Shown: piece after piece, positions 19,666 through 30,368 of the stretch
Layout: the number at the start of each line of letters is the position of its first letter
How positions within the stretch are numbered: position 1 is the first letter of the stretch
Source of the DNA: Candidatus Babeliales bacterium
Lineage (GTDB): Bacteria > Babelota > Babeliae > Babelales > JBFXEV01
Length of the DNA: 64,000 nucleotides
NCBI GenBank assembly: GCA_050179755.1
Contig: JBFXEV010000001.1
Span: forward strand, 553,994 to 617,993
Direction of reading: 5' to 3'
Made by a program: the position numbers and the translations under genes
The notes under the pieces: model-generated
The model's input: the letters and a program-made list of their open reading frames with translations, nothing else
Told to the model about the DNA's origin: nothing
The model's database searches: none

Positions 19666-21959
19666 TAATTCTCGATTACAGGATATGCGGTTACTATATT
19701 ACATTTGTTATCAATATACATTTCTATTTCCATTCCAGAATTAGTTTTGCTTTTAATATGATATTTTCCATCTAATTCAGGTCCTTTTTTTATTCCGGTA
19801 GCTTTAAAATTTTCATAAGCTTCAATAATGCTTTCTAAAACTTGAGTTCGTGTCCAATGCTTAGGGAAAAAAGTTTTCGCTGTTTTTGTGCCATTCCATA
19901 TTACATCAGCCATATATTCGCCAAATTCACCAATCTTTAAGTTTTCAAGCGTAATTACGCCCTTTTCTTCTAGAATGCCCAAGAAATCATGATGGAAACC
20001 TTTTATCTGATTCGTGCTTTTTGGGTCAATAGTAAATATATGCTCAATTTTAATTTTTAAATACCGATTAGAATTTTCTCGCCAGTCTTCACATTTTTTT
20101 TCAGCAACAAATAAACGAAGCATTTCCATTTCTGCTTGATTTGTATTTGTAACATTAGTTACAGCGGTAATTGCTTGCTGCGCAGCGCCAGTCAATAAGT
20201 TGGGTGTTTCACGTGATATTGCATTTTTAACAAATTCAATTGCTTCAACACGTTCTTTTAGCAGATTTTTGGTAATACTTTTTTGAACATCATTAAAGTT
20301 TTTTGTAATAGATGTGATTCTGGGTGGCATGGCATTTGTAGAAACCAAATGACCACCTGCTGATGCAGGAACTTCTAAACTAGGAATAGCTTTAACGTTA
20401 ATAACTTCTTTCCACGTGCCTGCTTCATCCATAACCCATTCACAATAATGCTCTGATCTTGATACGTTTCTTTGCACAAAATTTTCAACAGTCTTGCAAG
20501 TTCTGGCAATGCGATTACATGTTTTGGAGATTGCTTTATTGCTAAATAACTCTAATTTGGTAGACAGAGCATTGATGCTAGGTTTTGCAATATGCTTGAT
20601 AGCAGCTGATTTTGCTTTGCCTACTTGCTTTAAGAATTTACCGGTAAAATAAAGCTCGAATGCAAATGCAACTATTTTTTGTGTTTTTTCTTCTGTAGGT
20701 AACTTTGCAAATTCTTCTGAAGCTTGGTTGTAATAGGCTTTTAATGTTTGTACATCATTGATAAAATCAGGATTTTGTAATTCATATGGGGCAAAAGTAT
20801 CTTCTCGATCTTTATTGTAAACGGGAAAATAGCCTATTTCATTGCAAGCGCCATCAAAACCAACATGCTGAGCAAGATCATTTAGTTCCACCATGCCATG
20901 CAATAAAAATTTGCCAACTTCATTACCCAAAATAATAAGATTTTCGCCCGTTTCAATAGGATGCCTGATCATATGGCAAGTATTTTTTACAATATTAGCG
21001 CCACCTTCAACAGCTCCAACAACAACTGCCCCTACTTGTTTGATAATCATTGCAAGTCTTGGATATTCAGCTTCGTTGAGCCATCTACAGTAATCCGCAA
21101 TTTTAAAGCCGCGAACTATGTCGCCTTGTGTATTTAGTTGGCGAGCAAGGTCAGCGCCTTCTACTACTAGATCGGTAAATAGCGGATTTTCCTGGTGTTC
21201 AGAAAATATTTTATTAATTTCATAATTGGTAGTTAGAATTTCTAATATTTCTTGGTGCAAGCGATGTTGGATTATATTACCATGGCATTTTGCAAAACTT
21301 TTAGCATGTAAGGCATTTTCTTGCATGTAAGACCCAAGTGCTGTTGGTATGCTATAGGTCTTTTCATATACAATGGGGTCATTTTCTGCATGATTAAAAA
21401 CTTCTAAACGTTCAGTATAGCGTTGTTGTACGGTGTCAAAAGGATATTGCTCAAGTTCAAGAATAGATTGTGCAATTTCATCTTTATACTTATTAAAAGA
21501 AGGCTGCCGCTCAACAGTTTCTTCATCTTCTAACCAATTAACTGTAGTTTCAATGCCATCACCAATTTTATCTAATATTTTGCCTGGGGTTTTAACGATT
21601 TTTTTGCCCAGAGCAGCTACTCGTTTTCCTGAACTCTTTATTCCTTGCCAAATACCTTTGCCAATATTTTTCCATGCGTCTTTAAAGTCTTCAAAGCCAG
21701 TCGGTTCATTAGATGATCGAGTATGAGTTGGAAAATCCCACGTATAATCATGGATAACGCGCACGTTAACATGATCTTGTATCATTTCAGGTAACGATTG
21801 TAATTTATATTTTGAGTCAGATTTGAAATCTAAATAATGTTTATTAGTTTGTGAATCATAATAATAGTCAGAATCACAAAAACTAGCCGCGTACCAAAAG
21901 AAAACTGAATAGCAAAGTAAGACTGATATAAAGAAATGATGTTTTTTGTACATAGCCAT
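19665..21959 (-). CDS. Secreted polymorphic toxin with C-terminal bacterial EndoU nuclease domain
   Basis: C-terminal EHIF...GFHHD...KTFFPKHWTRTQVLESIIEAY...IEMYID...IVTAYP; N-terminal signal peptide. Confidence 0.82.
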   Translation of the reverse strand: MAMYKKHHFFISVLLCYSVFFWYAASFCDSDYYYDSQTNKHYLDFKSDSKYKLQSLPEMIQDHVNVRVIHDYTWDFPTHTRSSNEPTGFEDFKDAWKNIGKGIWQGIKSSGKRVAALGKKIVKTPGKILDKIGDGIETTVNWLEDEETVERQPSFNKYKDEIAQSILELEQYPFDTVQQRYTERLEVFNHAENDPIVYEKTYSIPTALGSYMQENALHAKSFAKCHGNIIQHRLHQEILEILTTNYEINKIFSEHQENPLFTDLVVEGADLARQLNTQGDIVRGFKIADYCRWLNEAEYPRLAMIIKQVGAVVVGAVEGGANIVKNTCHMIRHPIETGENLIILGNEVGKFLLHGMVELNDLAQHVGFDGACNEIGYFPVYNKDREDTFAPYELQNPDFINDVQTLKAYYNQASEEFAKLPTEEKTQKIVAFAFELYFTGKFLKQVGKAKSAAIKHIAKPSINALSTKLELFSNKAISKTCNRIARTCKTVENFVQRNVSRSEHYCEWVMDEAGTWKEVINVKAIPSLEVPASAGGHLVSTNAMPPRITSITKNFNDVQKSITKNLLKERVEAIEFVKNAISRETPNLLTGAAQQAITAVTNVTNTNQAEMEMLRLFVAEKKCEDWRENSNRYLKIKIEHIFTIDPKSTNQIKGFHHDFLGILEEKGVITLENLKIGEFGEYMADVIWNGTKTAKTFFPKHWTRTQVLESIIEAYENFKATGIKKGPELDGKYHIKSKTNSGMEIEMYIDNKCNIVTAYPVIEN

Positions 21960-21991
21960 CCTAGATGCGAACTTTCTAATGCATAGCGTTG

Positions 21992-22016
21992 CTTCATGCT
22001 TACCATACCATAAATT
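21992..22016. repeat. 25-bp direct repeat, right copy
   Basis: Identical to 19233-19257. Confidence 0.9.
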
Positions 22017-22114
22017 ATGATCCAAGCAACTCAAGACCCTTGTCTTTGCCTTGCAAAAAAATATACAGTAATAAAAAAGAGAGTGCCTATACTAAATCTG
22101 GGGAAATGGAGATT

Positions 22115-23026
22115 ATGCAAGCTCGTATGTTTTTTGTGGTTTTAGTATGTATTGCTAATCTACAAGCTAACGTTTTTAATAATTCTTCATCAAGTTATCC
22201 TTATATTTCTGGTCATACGTTCCGCGCATGTTGCAACCATGTTATACCTAATATGAGTAGTTCTTTTAGGCCAGAAGCGGTAAAAGATGGGGATACGGTT
22301 TTTTTATGCGGTGATTTTTTAAAACAATTTTTTTTGCAATATCATCCACGCATTAGGGCACGTTATATATTAATAACGCACGATACTATTCACAATGCGC
22401 CGGGAATACGATTTAAAAAGTTTCTAAGCAGCCAGACGTTGGCGTTTTGGTTTGGCAAAAATACCAATATGCCGGATCATCCAAAAATGATAAGTATTCC
22501 TATTGGGCTTGCCAATAATCATTGGAAGCATGGCAAAACGGCATTATTTGATCAAGTTATTAAAGAAATAAACAAGGGCAAGATAGAAAAAAATACATTG
22601 CTTTATATGAATTTTGAACGATCAACCTATAAATCTGAGCGTGATATAGTATATGATTATTTTAAAGATAAACCATTTTGCACTATTGCCCAACGCAAAC
22701 CAACCATTGATTACCTGCGTGATCTTGCTTCATCCAAGTTTGTGCTGAGTCCACGAGGATCGGGCGTTGATTGCCATAGAACATGGGAGGCATTGTTAAT
22801 GGGTAGCTATCCTATAGTAATATCTTCATTCCTTGACGTGTTGTTTGAGGATTTACCCGTTGTTATTATACAAGATTGGCAACAGATCACGCCTGATTTT
22901 TTGAAACAAAAATATCAGGAATTTGCACAAAAACAATTTAATATGGAAAAATGCTACATGCCTTATTGGTTAGATTTAATTGCGCAAGCACAAGAAGATG
23001 TGCGCGCATCTTGCTTGGCTATTTAA
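22115..23026 (+). CDS. Exostosin/GT47-like glycosyltransferase with signal peptide
   Basis: SKFVLSPRGSGVDCHRTWEALLMGSYPIV, LFEDLPVVII; GGAG RBS before ATG at 22115. Confidence 0.75.
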   Translation: MQARMFFVVLVCIANLQANVFNNSSSSYPYISGHTFRACCNHVIPNMSSSFRPEAVKDGDTVFLCGDFLKQFFLQYHPRIRARYILITHDTIHNAPGIRFKKFLSSQTLAFWFGKNTNMPDHPKMISIPIGLANNHWKHGKTALFDQVIKEINKGKIEKNTLLYMNFERSTYKSERDIVYDYFKDKPFCTIAQRKPTIDYLRDLASSKFVLSPRGSGVDCHRTWEALLMGSYPIVISSFLDVLFEDLPVVIIQDWQQITPDFLKQKYQEFAQKQFNMEKCYMPYWLDLIAQAQEDVRASCLAI

Positions 23027-23987
23027 TAAACGCATCTGGTCGCATCCAACTGCACGCCCAATAATGAATTGCAAAAGACTCGGGCTTAATATATTTTTCA
23101 GATTCCTGAATAGTTAGATTACGATGCGTATTGGGCAGTGGATAAAAAAAGCTGCACGGTAGCACAATAATGGGGCCATCATACGTTCTCGCAACATCCA
23201 TAAAACTTTTAGTGAAAAACCCTGGTCCTGTTTGAGAGATCACAAGGCCAAACGCTTTTTTAAGATACTCAGGATCATCTTTTGAAAGTTGTTTTAGCGT
23301 ATCGGTACTTGCAGCTAATTTCTCGATGCATTGCTTTAATATTGGGTGCTTTGGGCGTGCGCCAATAAGCCCGTTTGCAATTTCAATATTGCCGCAATTA
23401 TTTAAGCCTGAGTAAAAATCATAGCAATGGTGCAAAATATCAAATTTTTGTAAGCATCTAAAATCGCAATCGGCATAAAGCCCGCCAATTTCATATAAAA
23501 TATGATAACGGAAAATATCTGCTTTTTGGCCATAATTTACCGCTGCATCAAATAGTTCTTGGTTATGGATTTTCATATGTTTAACATCATCATCGCGCCA
23601 TAATTTGTATTCCCAATCAGGGTGAAATTTTTGCCATGTTTTTTGAAAGGCAGGTAAATAAGCTGGCGGGTTGCCACCAAGCCAGATTTGATGAATTATT
23701 TTAGGGATTAATGGTTTTGCTGATACGCGCACATTTGGCAGTTGGTTTTTATCATAGAGTTTATGAAAAAAAGAGTACCATTCTTTATCGTCTGGCGATT
23801 GCACGTTAAACACTAACTTACGTGGCCCCATGGATTCTAGAAAATCAACATGTAATGGAAAGCCAGGTGACGGCCAATAGGGACTTTCATTGATGGGTGT
23901 TTGTTTAAAAAAGTCTTGTTTTATGGCAATGGCTGAAAGAAGTGCTGCAGATAAGCAAAGTGCTATAACCAGTATTTTTTTTTGCAT
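23019..23987 (-). CDS. GT32-like (DXD sugar-binding) glycosyltransferase
   Basis: IPKIIHQIWLG, ADIFRY.ILY..GGLYADCD, TGPG.FT, HYWACSW. Confidence 0.88.
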   Translation of the reverse strand: MQKKILVIALCLSAALLSAIAIKQDFFKQTPINESPYWPSPGFPLHVDFLESMGPRKLVFNVQSPDDKEWYSFFHKLYDKNQLPNVRVSAKPLIPKIIHQIWLGGNPPAYLPAFQKTWQKFHPDWEYKLWRDDDVKHMKIHNQELFDAAVNYGQKADIFRYHILYEIGGLYADCDFRCLQKFDILHHCYDFYSGLNNCGNIEIANGLIGARPKHPILKQCIEKLAASTDTLKQLSKDDPEYLKKAFGLVISQTGPGFFTKSFMDVARTYDGPIIVLPCSFFYPLPNTHRNLTIQESEKYIKPESFAIHYWACSWMRPDAFIK

Positions 23988-24004
23988 TTATATATCTTTC
24001 ATCT

Positions 24005-25000
24005 TTAAAAGTGCAACATTGAACTATCAATTGACGTGCACAAAGGTATCGTTTGAGATGCTTTTTTGTAGTGCTCAGCAACGTACCAATCAATTGTTTT
24101 TTTAAGTCCATCTTCCAAGCGAGTGGCTGCATGCCAACCCAAGTTGTTTATTTTTTCTACGTTCAAGACTTTGCGGGGTGTGCCATCTGGTTTTGATGTA
24201 TCAAATATAAGCTCACCCTGATAACCCGTTAATTTTTTAATTAAAAGAGCAAGGTTTTTAATACTCATATCTTTGCCGGTGCCAATATTAATATGCAAAT
24301 TTTCATCGTAATTATGCATTAAAAAAATAAGAGCATTTGCAAGATCCTCTACATACAAAAATTCTCGCAGTGCGTTGCCGGTGCCCCAAACAGTGACTGT
24401 TTTATGTTGTTCATGTTGCGCTTTGCATATTTTTGCAATGAGTGCAGGAATAACATGTGACGTTTCAAGATCAAAGTTATCACGGGGGCCATATAAGTTT
24501 GTGGGCATGCAAGAAATAAAATGAGTGCCGTATTGTTTATTATATGACTCGCATAAGGCAATGCCGGTAATTTTGGCAAGTGCGTAGGGCTTATTAGTGT
24601 GTTCAAGTGGGCCTGATAATAAATAGCTTTCATTAATTGGTTGTGCGCACTCGCGTGGGTAAATGCATGAAGAGCCGAGGAATAATAATTTAGTAACACC
24701 GTACACATACGCGGCGTGTAGCACATTTGCTTCTATCATCACGTTATCATAAAGAAACTGTGCAGGATACGTATTGTTTGCATAAATACCACCTACTTTT
24801 GCAGCAGCCAAAAATACATACTGAGGTAATTCTTGAGAAAAAAAATCAGTAACCGCTTGCTGATTGCGCAAATCTAATTCTTTTGATGTACGCGTGATAA
24901 TATTTGTATATCCTTGCGCTTGTAATGCATTATGTAATGCAGAACCTACAAGCCCATGGTGACCTGCAACGTATATTTTTGCCTGTTTGTGCATACTCAT
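24005..25000 (-). CDS. fcl: GDP-L-fucose synthase
   Basis: GHHGLVGSA, AAKVGGI, LGSSCIYP, YALAK, MPTNLYGP, KPDGTPRK. Confidence 0.95.
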   Translation of the reverse strand: MSMHKQAKIYVAGHHGLVGSALHNALQAQGYTNIITRTSKELDLRNQQAVTDFFSQELPQYVFLAAAKVGGIYANNTYPAQFLYDNVMIEANVLHAAYVYGVTKLLFLGSSCIYPRECAQPINESYLLSGPLEHTNKPYALAKITGIALCESYNKQYGTHFISCMPTNLYGPRDNFDLETSHVIPALIAKICKAQHEQHKTVTVWGTGNALREFLYVEDLANALIFLMHNYDENLHINIGTGKDMSIKNLALLIKKLTGYQGELIFDTSKPDGTPRKVLNVEKINNLGWHAATRLEDGLKKTIDWYVAEHYKKASQTIPLCTSIDSSMLHF

Positions 25001-26100
25001 TACATTCGAGAAAGTGTTGTTGTTTTTTTAAATTGCCGTTCTTCAATAGGGATATTTTTTTCTTGAAAAATTAAATTATTATCATGTGCTACCATTAACT
25101 GAACAAGCCCTTCAAGATCCATTTTAGGTTCCCAACCAAGTTGTAAGCGCGCTTTAGTGGCGTCACCACATAAAAGATCAACTTCAGTGGGCCTAAAATA
25201 CACGGGGTCTATGGCCACTAGTTGTTTATTGGTGAGCGTATCGTAGCCAACTTCATAAACACCTGTGCCCTTCCAGCCAATAGAAATGCCAATTTGTTTA
25301 AATGCCAGCTCCACAAACGTACGCACCGAATATGTTTTACCAGTGGCAATCACAAAGTCATCAGGGTGTGCTTGTTGCAGCATAAGCCACATAGCTTCTA
25401 CATAATCTTTTGCATAACCCCAGTCACGCTGTGCATCAAGGTTGCCAAGATAAAGCATGTCTTGAAGACCTGCGCCAATACGCACTACGGCGCGCGTAAT
25501 TTTTCTGGTCACAAACGTTTCACCACGGCGTGGTGATTCATGATTAAATAAAATCCCATTACACGCATATATGCCATATGCTTCCCGATAATTAATGGTA
25601 ATCCAATAAGCATATAACTTTGCAGCAGCATACGGTGAGCGTGGATAGAATGGTGTGGTTTCTGATTGCGGCGTATGCGCTATTTTGCCGTAGAGCTCGC
25701 TGGTAGCTGCATTATAAAATCTTATTTTATCAGTCAAGCCAAGTAATCTAATGGCTTCTAGAATGCGCAACGTACCAATTGCATCTGCATTGGCTGTATA
25801 TTCTGGCGTATCAAAAGAAACACGCACGTGCGATTGCGCTGCCAGGTGATAAATTTCATCTGGTTGTATTTCTTGTATAATACGAATAATGTTGGTGGAA
25901 TCGGTTACGTCACCATAATGTAACTTAAATTGAGCATGTTCATCTTCGTGTAAATCAGCATAGAGATGATCAATGCGCTCAGTATTAAATGATGATGCTC
26001 TGCGTTTTATACCGTGAACTTGATAACCTTTTGCAAGCAGAAATTCTGAAAGATAAGAACCATCTTGCCCGGTGATTCCTGTAATGAGTGCTTTTTTCAT
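25000..26100 (-). CDS. gmd: GDP-mannose 4,6-dehydratase
   Basis: [44 protein letters not shown]. Confidence 0.97.
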   Translation of the reverse strand: MKKALITGITGQDGSYLSEFLLAKGYQVHGIKRRASSFNTERIDHLYADLHEDEHAQFKLHYGDVTDSTNIIRIIQEIQPDEIYHLAAQSHVRVSFDTPEYTANADAIGTLRILEAIRLLGLTDKIRFYNAATSELYGKIAHTPQSETTPFYPRSPYAAAKLYAYWITINYREAYGIYACNGILFNHESPRRGETFVTRKITRAVVRIGAGLQDMLYLGNLDAQRDWGYAKDYVEAMWLMLQQAHPDDFVIATGKTYSVRTFVELAFKQIGISIGWKGTGVYEVGYDTLTNKQLVAIDPVYFRPTEVDLLCGDATKARLQLGWEPKMDLEGLVQLMVAHDNNLIFQEKNIPIEERQFKKTTTLSRM

Positions 26101-26243
26101 GTTGCCCTTACATTCTACATTTTTTATTTTTCAAGTATTACAGTGCACCAGAATCTTATGTGTGTCAATCTGAAGTTGTACAAGATATACAAGATAACAT
26201 ATATTGTTTTTGAGTTTATTAAATTGATTATAAGGAGTATCCC

Positions 26244-27725
26244 ATGAACATAGTGCATGCAAGCAAAGAGTTTACATCGTCATATAATTTAAAAAAATTA
26301 TCGGTGCTATTTTTACTAGCATTTACATTACGCGCGCTTGTATTTTATACGTACACGCAGCATGAAATGCGTTATCAACAGCCAGATACTATGGATTATC
26401 ATAATTCTACTATATGCATGTATATTGGCAATGGTATGACGCGCCCGGATAATGGTCAACCAATTTTTTGGCGAACTCCTGGATACTCAGCCTATCTATT
26501 ACCTTTTTATGCATGGTTTAAACCACGCTCAGGTACCTTTCAGGGTAATGAAAATGGCATAAAAGCGGCATTGTGGGCACAAGTTTTTTTAAGTTCTTTT
26601 ACACCAGTTTTGCTTTTTTTTCTTGCATTAGTTCTTACTGGCGTACTTGGGTTAAGTTGGCTTGTAGGTTTTATTTTTGCGGTTCATCCTGGCTTTGTGC
26701 TTGCAAGCGGCTTTTTGCTTACTGAGGCACTATCAGTACTCTTTTTCTTTATTTTTCTTATATTTTTTTATCGCGGTTACCGCATGTGGGGTGAGGGTGT
26801 AGATACACAAACATATCTTGATTTAGTAATTGCAGCACTTTCATTAGGCATCTATACGTGGATGCGGCCTATGGGCCAATTTGTGGGTTTGATAGCATTA
26901 TTAATTCTGGTGCTTTCAAGTAGCTCACTTTTATATAAGAGTAAAAAATGTGCAGTTTTTATTCTTATATTATTAAGCATACTTGCGCCATGGATAGTGC
27001 GTAACTATCGTTGGACTGGGCATGCATTTTTTTGGCCTGGTTCTGGAACCTATTTGGCTTGTTTTAATGTGCCAAAATTAAAAAGACATTTAACGGGCAA
27101 ATCGCTTAAAGAATGCTGGCAAGAAACTATGCATGAAATGTCTATTGAGATACGGAAAGCACAGAGGCAGCTGAGTCTTGAAAAGCCGGGTTATTTTGTT
27201 TCGCAAGAATTAGTGTCAGGCAAACACATGTGGCCATGGATATTTGCGCATCCGTGGCTTGCGTTTAGAGATTGGATGCAAGAAGTGTGCAAAACTACGT
27301 TTGATTTGTATAGCTACCAATTAGTGTCACTGTATGCAGGCACATTTAAAGCAGATCCGATGGAAGAATTTTTAACAGAAAAAATGGCAGCATGTTTATA
27401 TGCGCATCCATTGCCGTGGTATACGCGGGCCATAGTATGGATAGAATTTTTCTGGTCTATTTTCTTGTGGATTGGGTTATGGTTAGGTTTCTTTTTCTTT
27501 TTAGTGCAATCTATTTGGCGCAAACTTGCGGTCACTGACTATTTAAAGAAAATGTTTTTTTTGTGGATTAAAACTGGGCTTTTAATTGGCGCTGTGCTTT
27601 GTATGACGGGTGGCTTTGGTTATGCGCGCTTGCGCATGCCGGTGGAACCACTCATGGTGATACTATCGCTCACGTGGTGGTATTACTTATTTTTTATCGT
27701 GCGAAAAAATATTAGCAAGAAATAA
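26244..27725 (+). CDS. Polytopic membrane glycosyltransferase (GT-C/ArnT-like)
   Basis: Many TM helices; QPD..DY, RTPGY, LLTEAL, PWIVRNY, ARLRMPVEP. Confidence 0.65.
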   Translation: MNIVHASKEFTSSYNLKKLSVLFLLAFTLRALVFYTYTQHEMRYQQPDTMDYHNSTICMYIGNGMTRPDNGQPIFWRTPGYSAYLLPFYAWFKPRSGTFQGNENGIKAALWAQVFLSSFTPVLLFFLALVLTGVLGLSWLVGFIFAVHPGFVLASGFLLTEALSVLFFFIFLIFFYRGYRMWGEGVDTQTYLDLVIAALSLGIYTWMRPMGQFVGLIALLILVLSSSSLLYKSKKCAVFILILLSILAPWIVRNYRWTGHAFFWPGSGTYLACFNVPKLKRHLTGKSLKECWQETMHEMSIEIRKAQRQLSLEKPGYFVSQELVSGKHMWPWIFAHPWLAFRDWMQEVCKTTFDLYSYQLVSLYAGTFKADPMEEFLTEKMAACLYAHPLPWYTRAIVWIEFFWSIFLWIGLWLGFFFFLVQSIWRKLAVTDYLKKMFFLWIKTGLLIGAVLCMTGGFGYARLRMPVEPLMVILSLTWWYYLFFIVRKNISKK

Positions 27726-28706
27726 TCGTACGGCATTGCAATAATCGTGCTGTGTTGCAAGCGTGCTGTGACGGCCATGAGTTGCTGCATATTCAGTTAC
27801 TAAATTACCTTGCGCTCGCAATAATTTAACTGCAACCTGTGCATCGCCCGGTGCAACTGTTTTATCTGCCATGCTATAGCCAATAAAAACCGGCACCTGT
27901 TGAGGGAAGTGTGGCAGTGCATCAATGGTTTGTAGGCCATGTGTGTTATAAAGGGGAAATACGTTTATTAGTGTATGCAACATGCTGGTGGCGTAAGGAA
28001 CGTAAGAGAGATATGATTTTGCAATATGTTCTAGCAAAGAATCCACGCTCATATAAGGCGATTCAAGTATTACAGCTTTGAGCTTGGTGATATCAAGTTC
28101 TTTGTACGTTGCAAGCGTATTGATAATGGCCGATGCGCCGCGCGAGATACCTATAAGTACGATGTTTGCTTGTGGGTGCTTATGCTGCACTTCTTGATAC
28201 GCATTATATAAAAGAGCGTTATCATGATCTTGGCCAAAATTAAGTGTGCCAATTCTATCATGAAAAGAAAAGGTATAGCACGTGCTATTGATTGCGCCGC
28301 ATGTGATATATCGTTGCGGTTGCGTATTAGCAACGCTTGCACGTGGATCAATACCATGTGCAAATAAAAACACCGTAGATGGGTTTGCTTGCGATTCATT
28401 AAGAGCTATCAACTTGGGATAGACATCATGTGTTGCATCATCACTCATCATGTAATGAGTTATTGATATGCCGAGAGCAAGCGCTGCAGCACAGGCAATA
28501 ATTTTTTTATGTTCAGAAATAAAAGAACTCGCGGTTTTCATGCGTACCTGGGAAGATGTGCTATATGCCACTTCAGTTATGTGGCTTGCTTGCGCATTAA
28601 ACAGAGATAGTGCGCATAGCAGTATAGCCCTACAAGATATAGTATGAGTGAGCCCGCAACCGTTAAGCAAGAATTGAGAGTATGTTTTCAAAAAATTCAC
28701 TTTCAT
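27687..28706 (-). CDS. Alpha/beta hydrolase
   Basis: FAHG, LIGISRGASA elbow, ILESPY, DKTV, GRHST. Confidence 0.8.
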   Translation of the reverse strand: MKVNFLKTYSQFLLNGCGLTHTISCRAILLCALSLFNAQASHITEVAYSTSSQVRMKTASSFISEHKKIIACAAALALGISITHYMMSDDATHDVYPKLIALNESQANPSTVFLFAHGIDPRASVANTQPQRYITCGAINSTCYTFSFHDRIGTLNFGQDHDNALLYNAYQEVQHKHPQANIVLIGISRGASAIINTLATYKELDITKLKAVILESPYMSVDSLLEHIAKSYLSYVPYATSMLHTLINVFPLYNTHGLQTIDALPHFPQQVPVFIGYSMADKTVAPGDAQVAVKLLRAQGNLVTEYAATHGRHSTLATQHDYCNAVRLFLANIFSHDKK

Positions 28707-28808
28707 AAAGGAATAGCTGGAATAAAAGTCATTTAATCGACATCTAGAATATTGTGTGAACTTAAATAATAATCCGCAAGCTATATTAAGCATTAAATCA
28801 TCATTTTG

Positions 28809-29585
28809 TTACTCAACATCAAGGCAATCAATATACTGCATATAATAAGCAACCATTTTTACCACATCTTTGATGTGTTTATTCTTTAGATATTCATCTG
28901 GATCAGGAAGTTCGGAAGCATTTAATCGATTGTCTGCTAAAACTTGCCTTGTTGCAGACAATGCAACTTGTCTGCGAAAAACTGTTCGTTGCGTTTCCGG
29001 TGTTAACTTAAGAGTAACCTTATTGCTGCAAAGAGTATTAAGCATTGCAAGGTCAAGAACCACGTGTTGTTTTTCAGAATTTGTAAATGTAACATGCACC
29101 AGGGCCCGTTTATCTTCAAAAGTTGATTGAGCTTGATTAAATAGCGCATGTACTTGCACTTTTAAAATTGCTTGTTGATTGCCTGTCAACTGTTGCTTGC
29201 CTAAATTATTCTCGAAGGTAACTCTTTGAGTATTTGCACTGAAATGTATGCGTGTTGGTATCATGGTGATACGGTTGTTATTCATGCGTGCTGCTACTGC
29301 GGCTGCATGCGCTGTTAAAACTTGATTGAATGTATCCATGATTGATTTTTCGTAGCGCTGATCAAGTTGAGCAGCAATTACACTGCCTGGCATGTTTACG
29401 TCAATACAATATTCTATGCTTTTTTGAGGTAAGAGCCTTCTGACAAGAGTGACAGTACCCATCATTGAAAAAGTATTGGGATCACTCTCTTGTCTGGCCG
29501 AAGGCGGATTCATGGCTATTGTTGCAGGGGATATTAATAAAACAAGAGATAAGAATACTTGAGCTAGAGCATTTTTGAAAAACAT
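28809..29585 (-). CDS. Secreted hypothetical protein (paralog of 29616..30368)
   Basis: Signal peptide ending IA-M; C-terminus similar to its neighbour. Confidence 0.75.
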   Translation of the reverse strand: MFFKNALAQVFLSLVLLISPATIAMNPPSARQESDPNTFSMMGTVTLVRRLLPQKSIEYCIDVNMPGSVIAAQLDQRYEKSIMDTFNQVLTAHAAAVAARMNNNRITMIPTRIHFSANTQRVTFENNLGKQQLTGNQQAILKVQVHALFNQAQSTFEDKRALVHVTFTNSEKQHVVLDLAMLNTLCSNKVTLKLTPETQRTVFRRQVALSATRQVLADNRLNASELPDPDEYLKNKHIKDVVKMVAYYMQYIDCLDVE

Positions 29586-29615
29586 GGAGGTTCCTAAAAT
29601 TGTGTGAAAAAAAAC

Positions 29616-30368
29616 TTAATCAATATCCCCAATATCTTGGGTTGTTAAATAATATTTAAACAATGTAACTAAATCTTGCGTATATACTTTTCTATAATCA
29701 GCTTCAGGGTCAATGCGTTCGGCCAATCTGCCTGTTGCAAGTTGGTCATGGGCCTTCTGAGCTGCATTAACATATGATTGCTGAATGAGCTGGCTTCTTG
29801 TGCTATCATTGACTTGTAATTGATTTTGATCGGGAAAGATACAACGTAATCTGTCTACAGAAATCACATATGGCTTTCTACAACCTGTTGTTGGAAACAC
29901 GTATAATGAAAATGGGTTGGTTGTTAAAGTATTTTGTTTAGGGTCATGTGAACATGCCACGCGTGTTTCAAAAAAAGCTTGCACAGTATCACTGATTTGA
30001 TGCGTGCCATATTCTTCTCTTAATATAAACTTACCGGTATCAGGCTCATAATAAAAAGCTGACGGTATAATTTTCATTAGTTCAAAGTTTTGCGGAGTCA
30101 GATTATTTAGGTATGTAACAAGTACTTTTTGTAATTTACCTTTAAGCTCTGGGGCTCGCGATAGAAAATGCGCCTTTTTGGCAGCATCGGTGATTGCTTC
30201 TTGTGGTGCATCGATTTGTACTTGTACTTTTATCATCTTTCCAAGTGGCAAATTTGGCAAGCTGATTGCCACAGTGTCGGACACAAAATTTTTTGGTGCA
30301 TCCATCGCATATGCTGTAAATGAAAATGAAAAAATAAAAATGTAACGGTGCGTTATTTTAAAAATCAT
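29616..30368 (-). CDS. Secreted hypothetical protein
   Basis: Signal peptide ending AYA-MD. Confidence 0.75.
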   Translation of the reverse strand: MIFKITHRYIFIFSFSFTAYAMDAPKNFVSDTVAISLPNLPLGKMIKVQVQIDAPQEAITDAAKKAHFLSRAPELKGKLQKVLVTYLNNLTPQNFELMKIIPSAFYYEPDTGKFILREEYGTHQISDTVQAFFETRVACSHDPKQNTLTTNPFSLYVFPTTGCRKPYVISVDRLRCIFPDQNQLQVNDSTRSQLIQQSYVNAAQKAHDQLATGRLAERIDPEADYRKVYTQDLVTLFKYYLTTQDIGDID

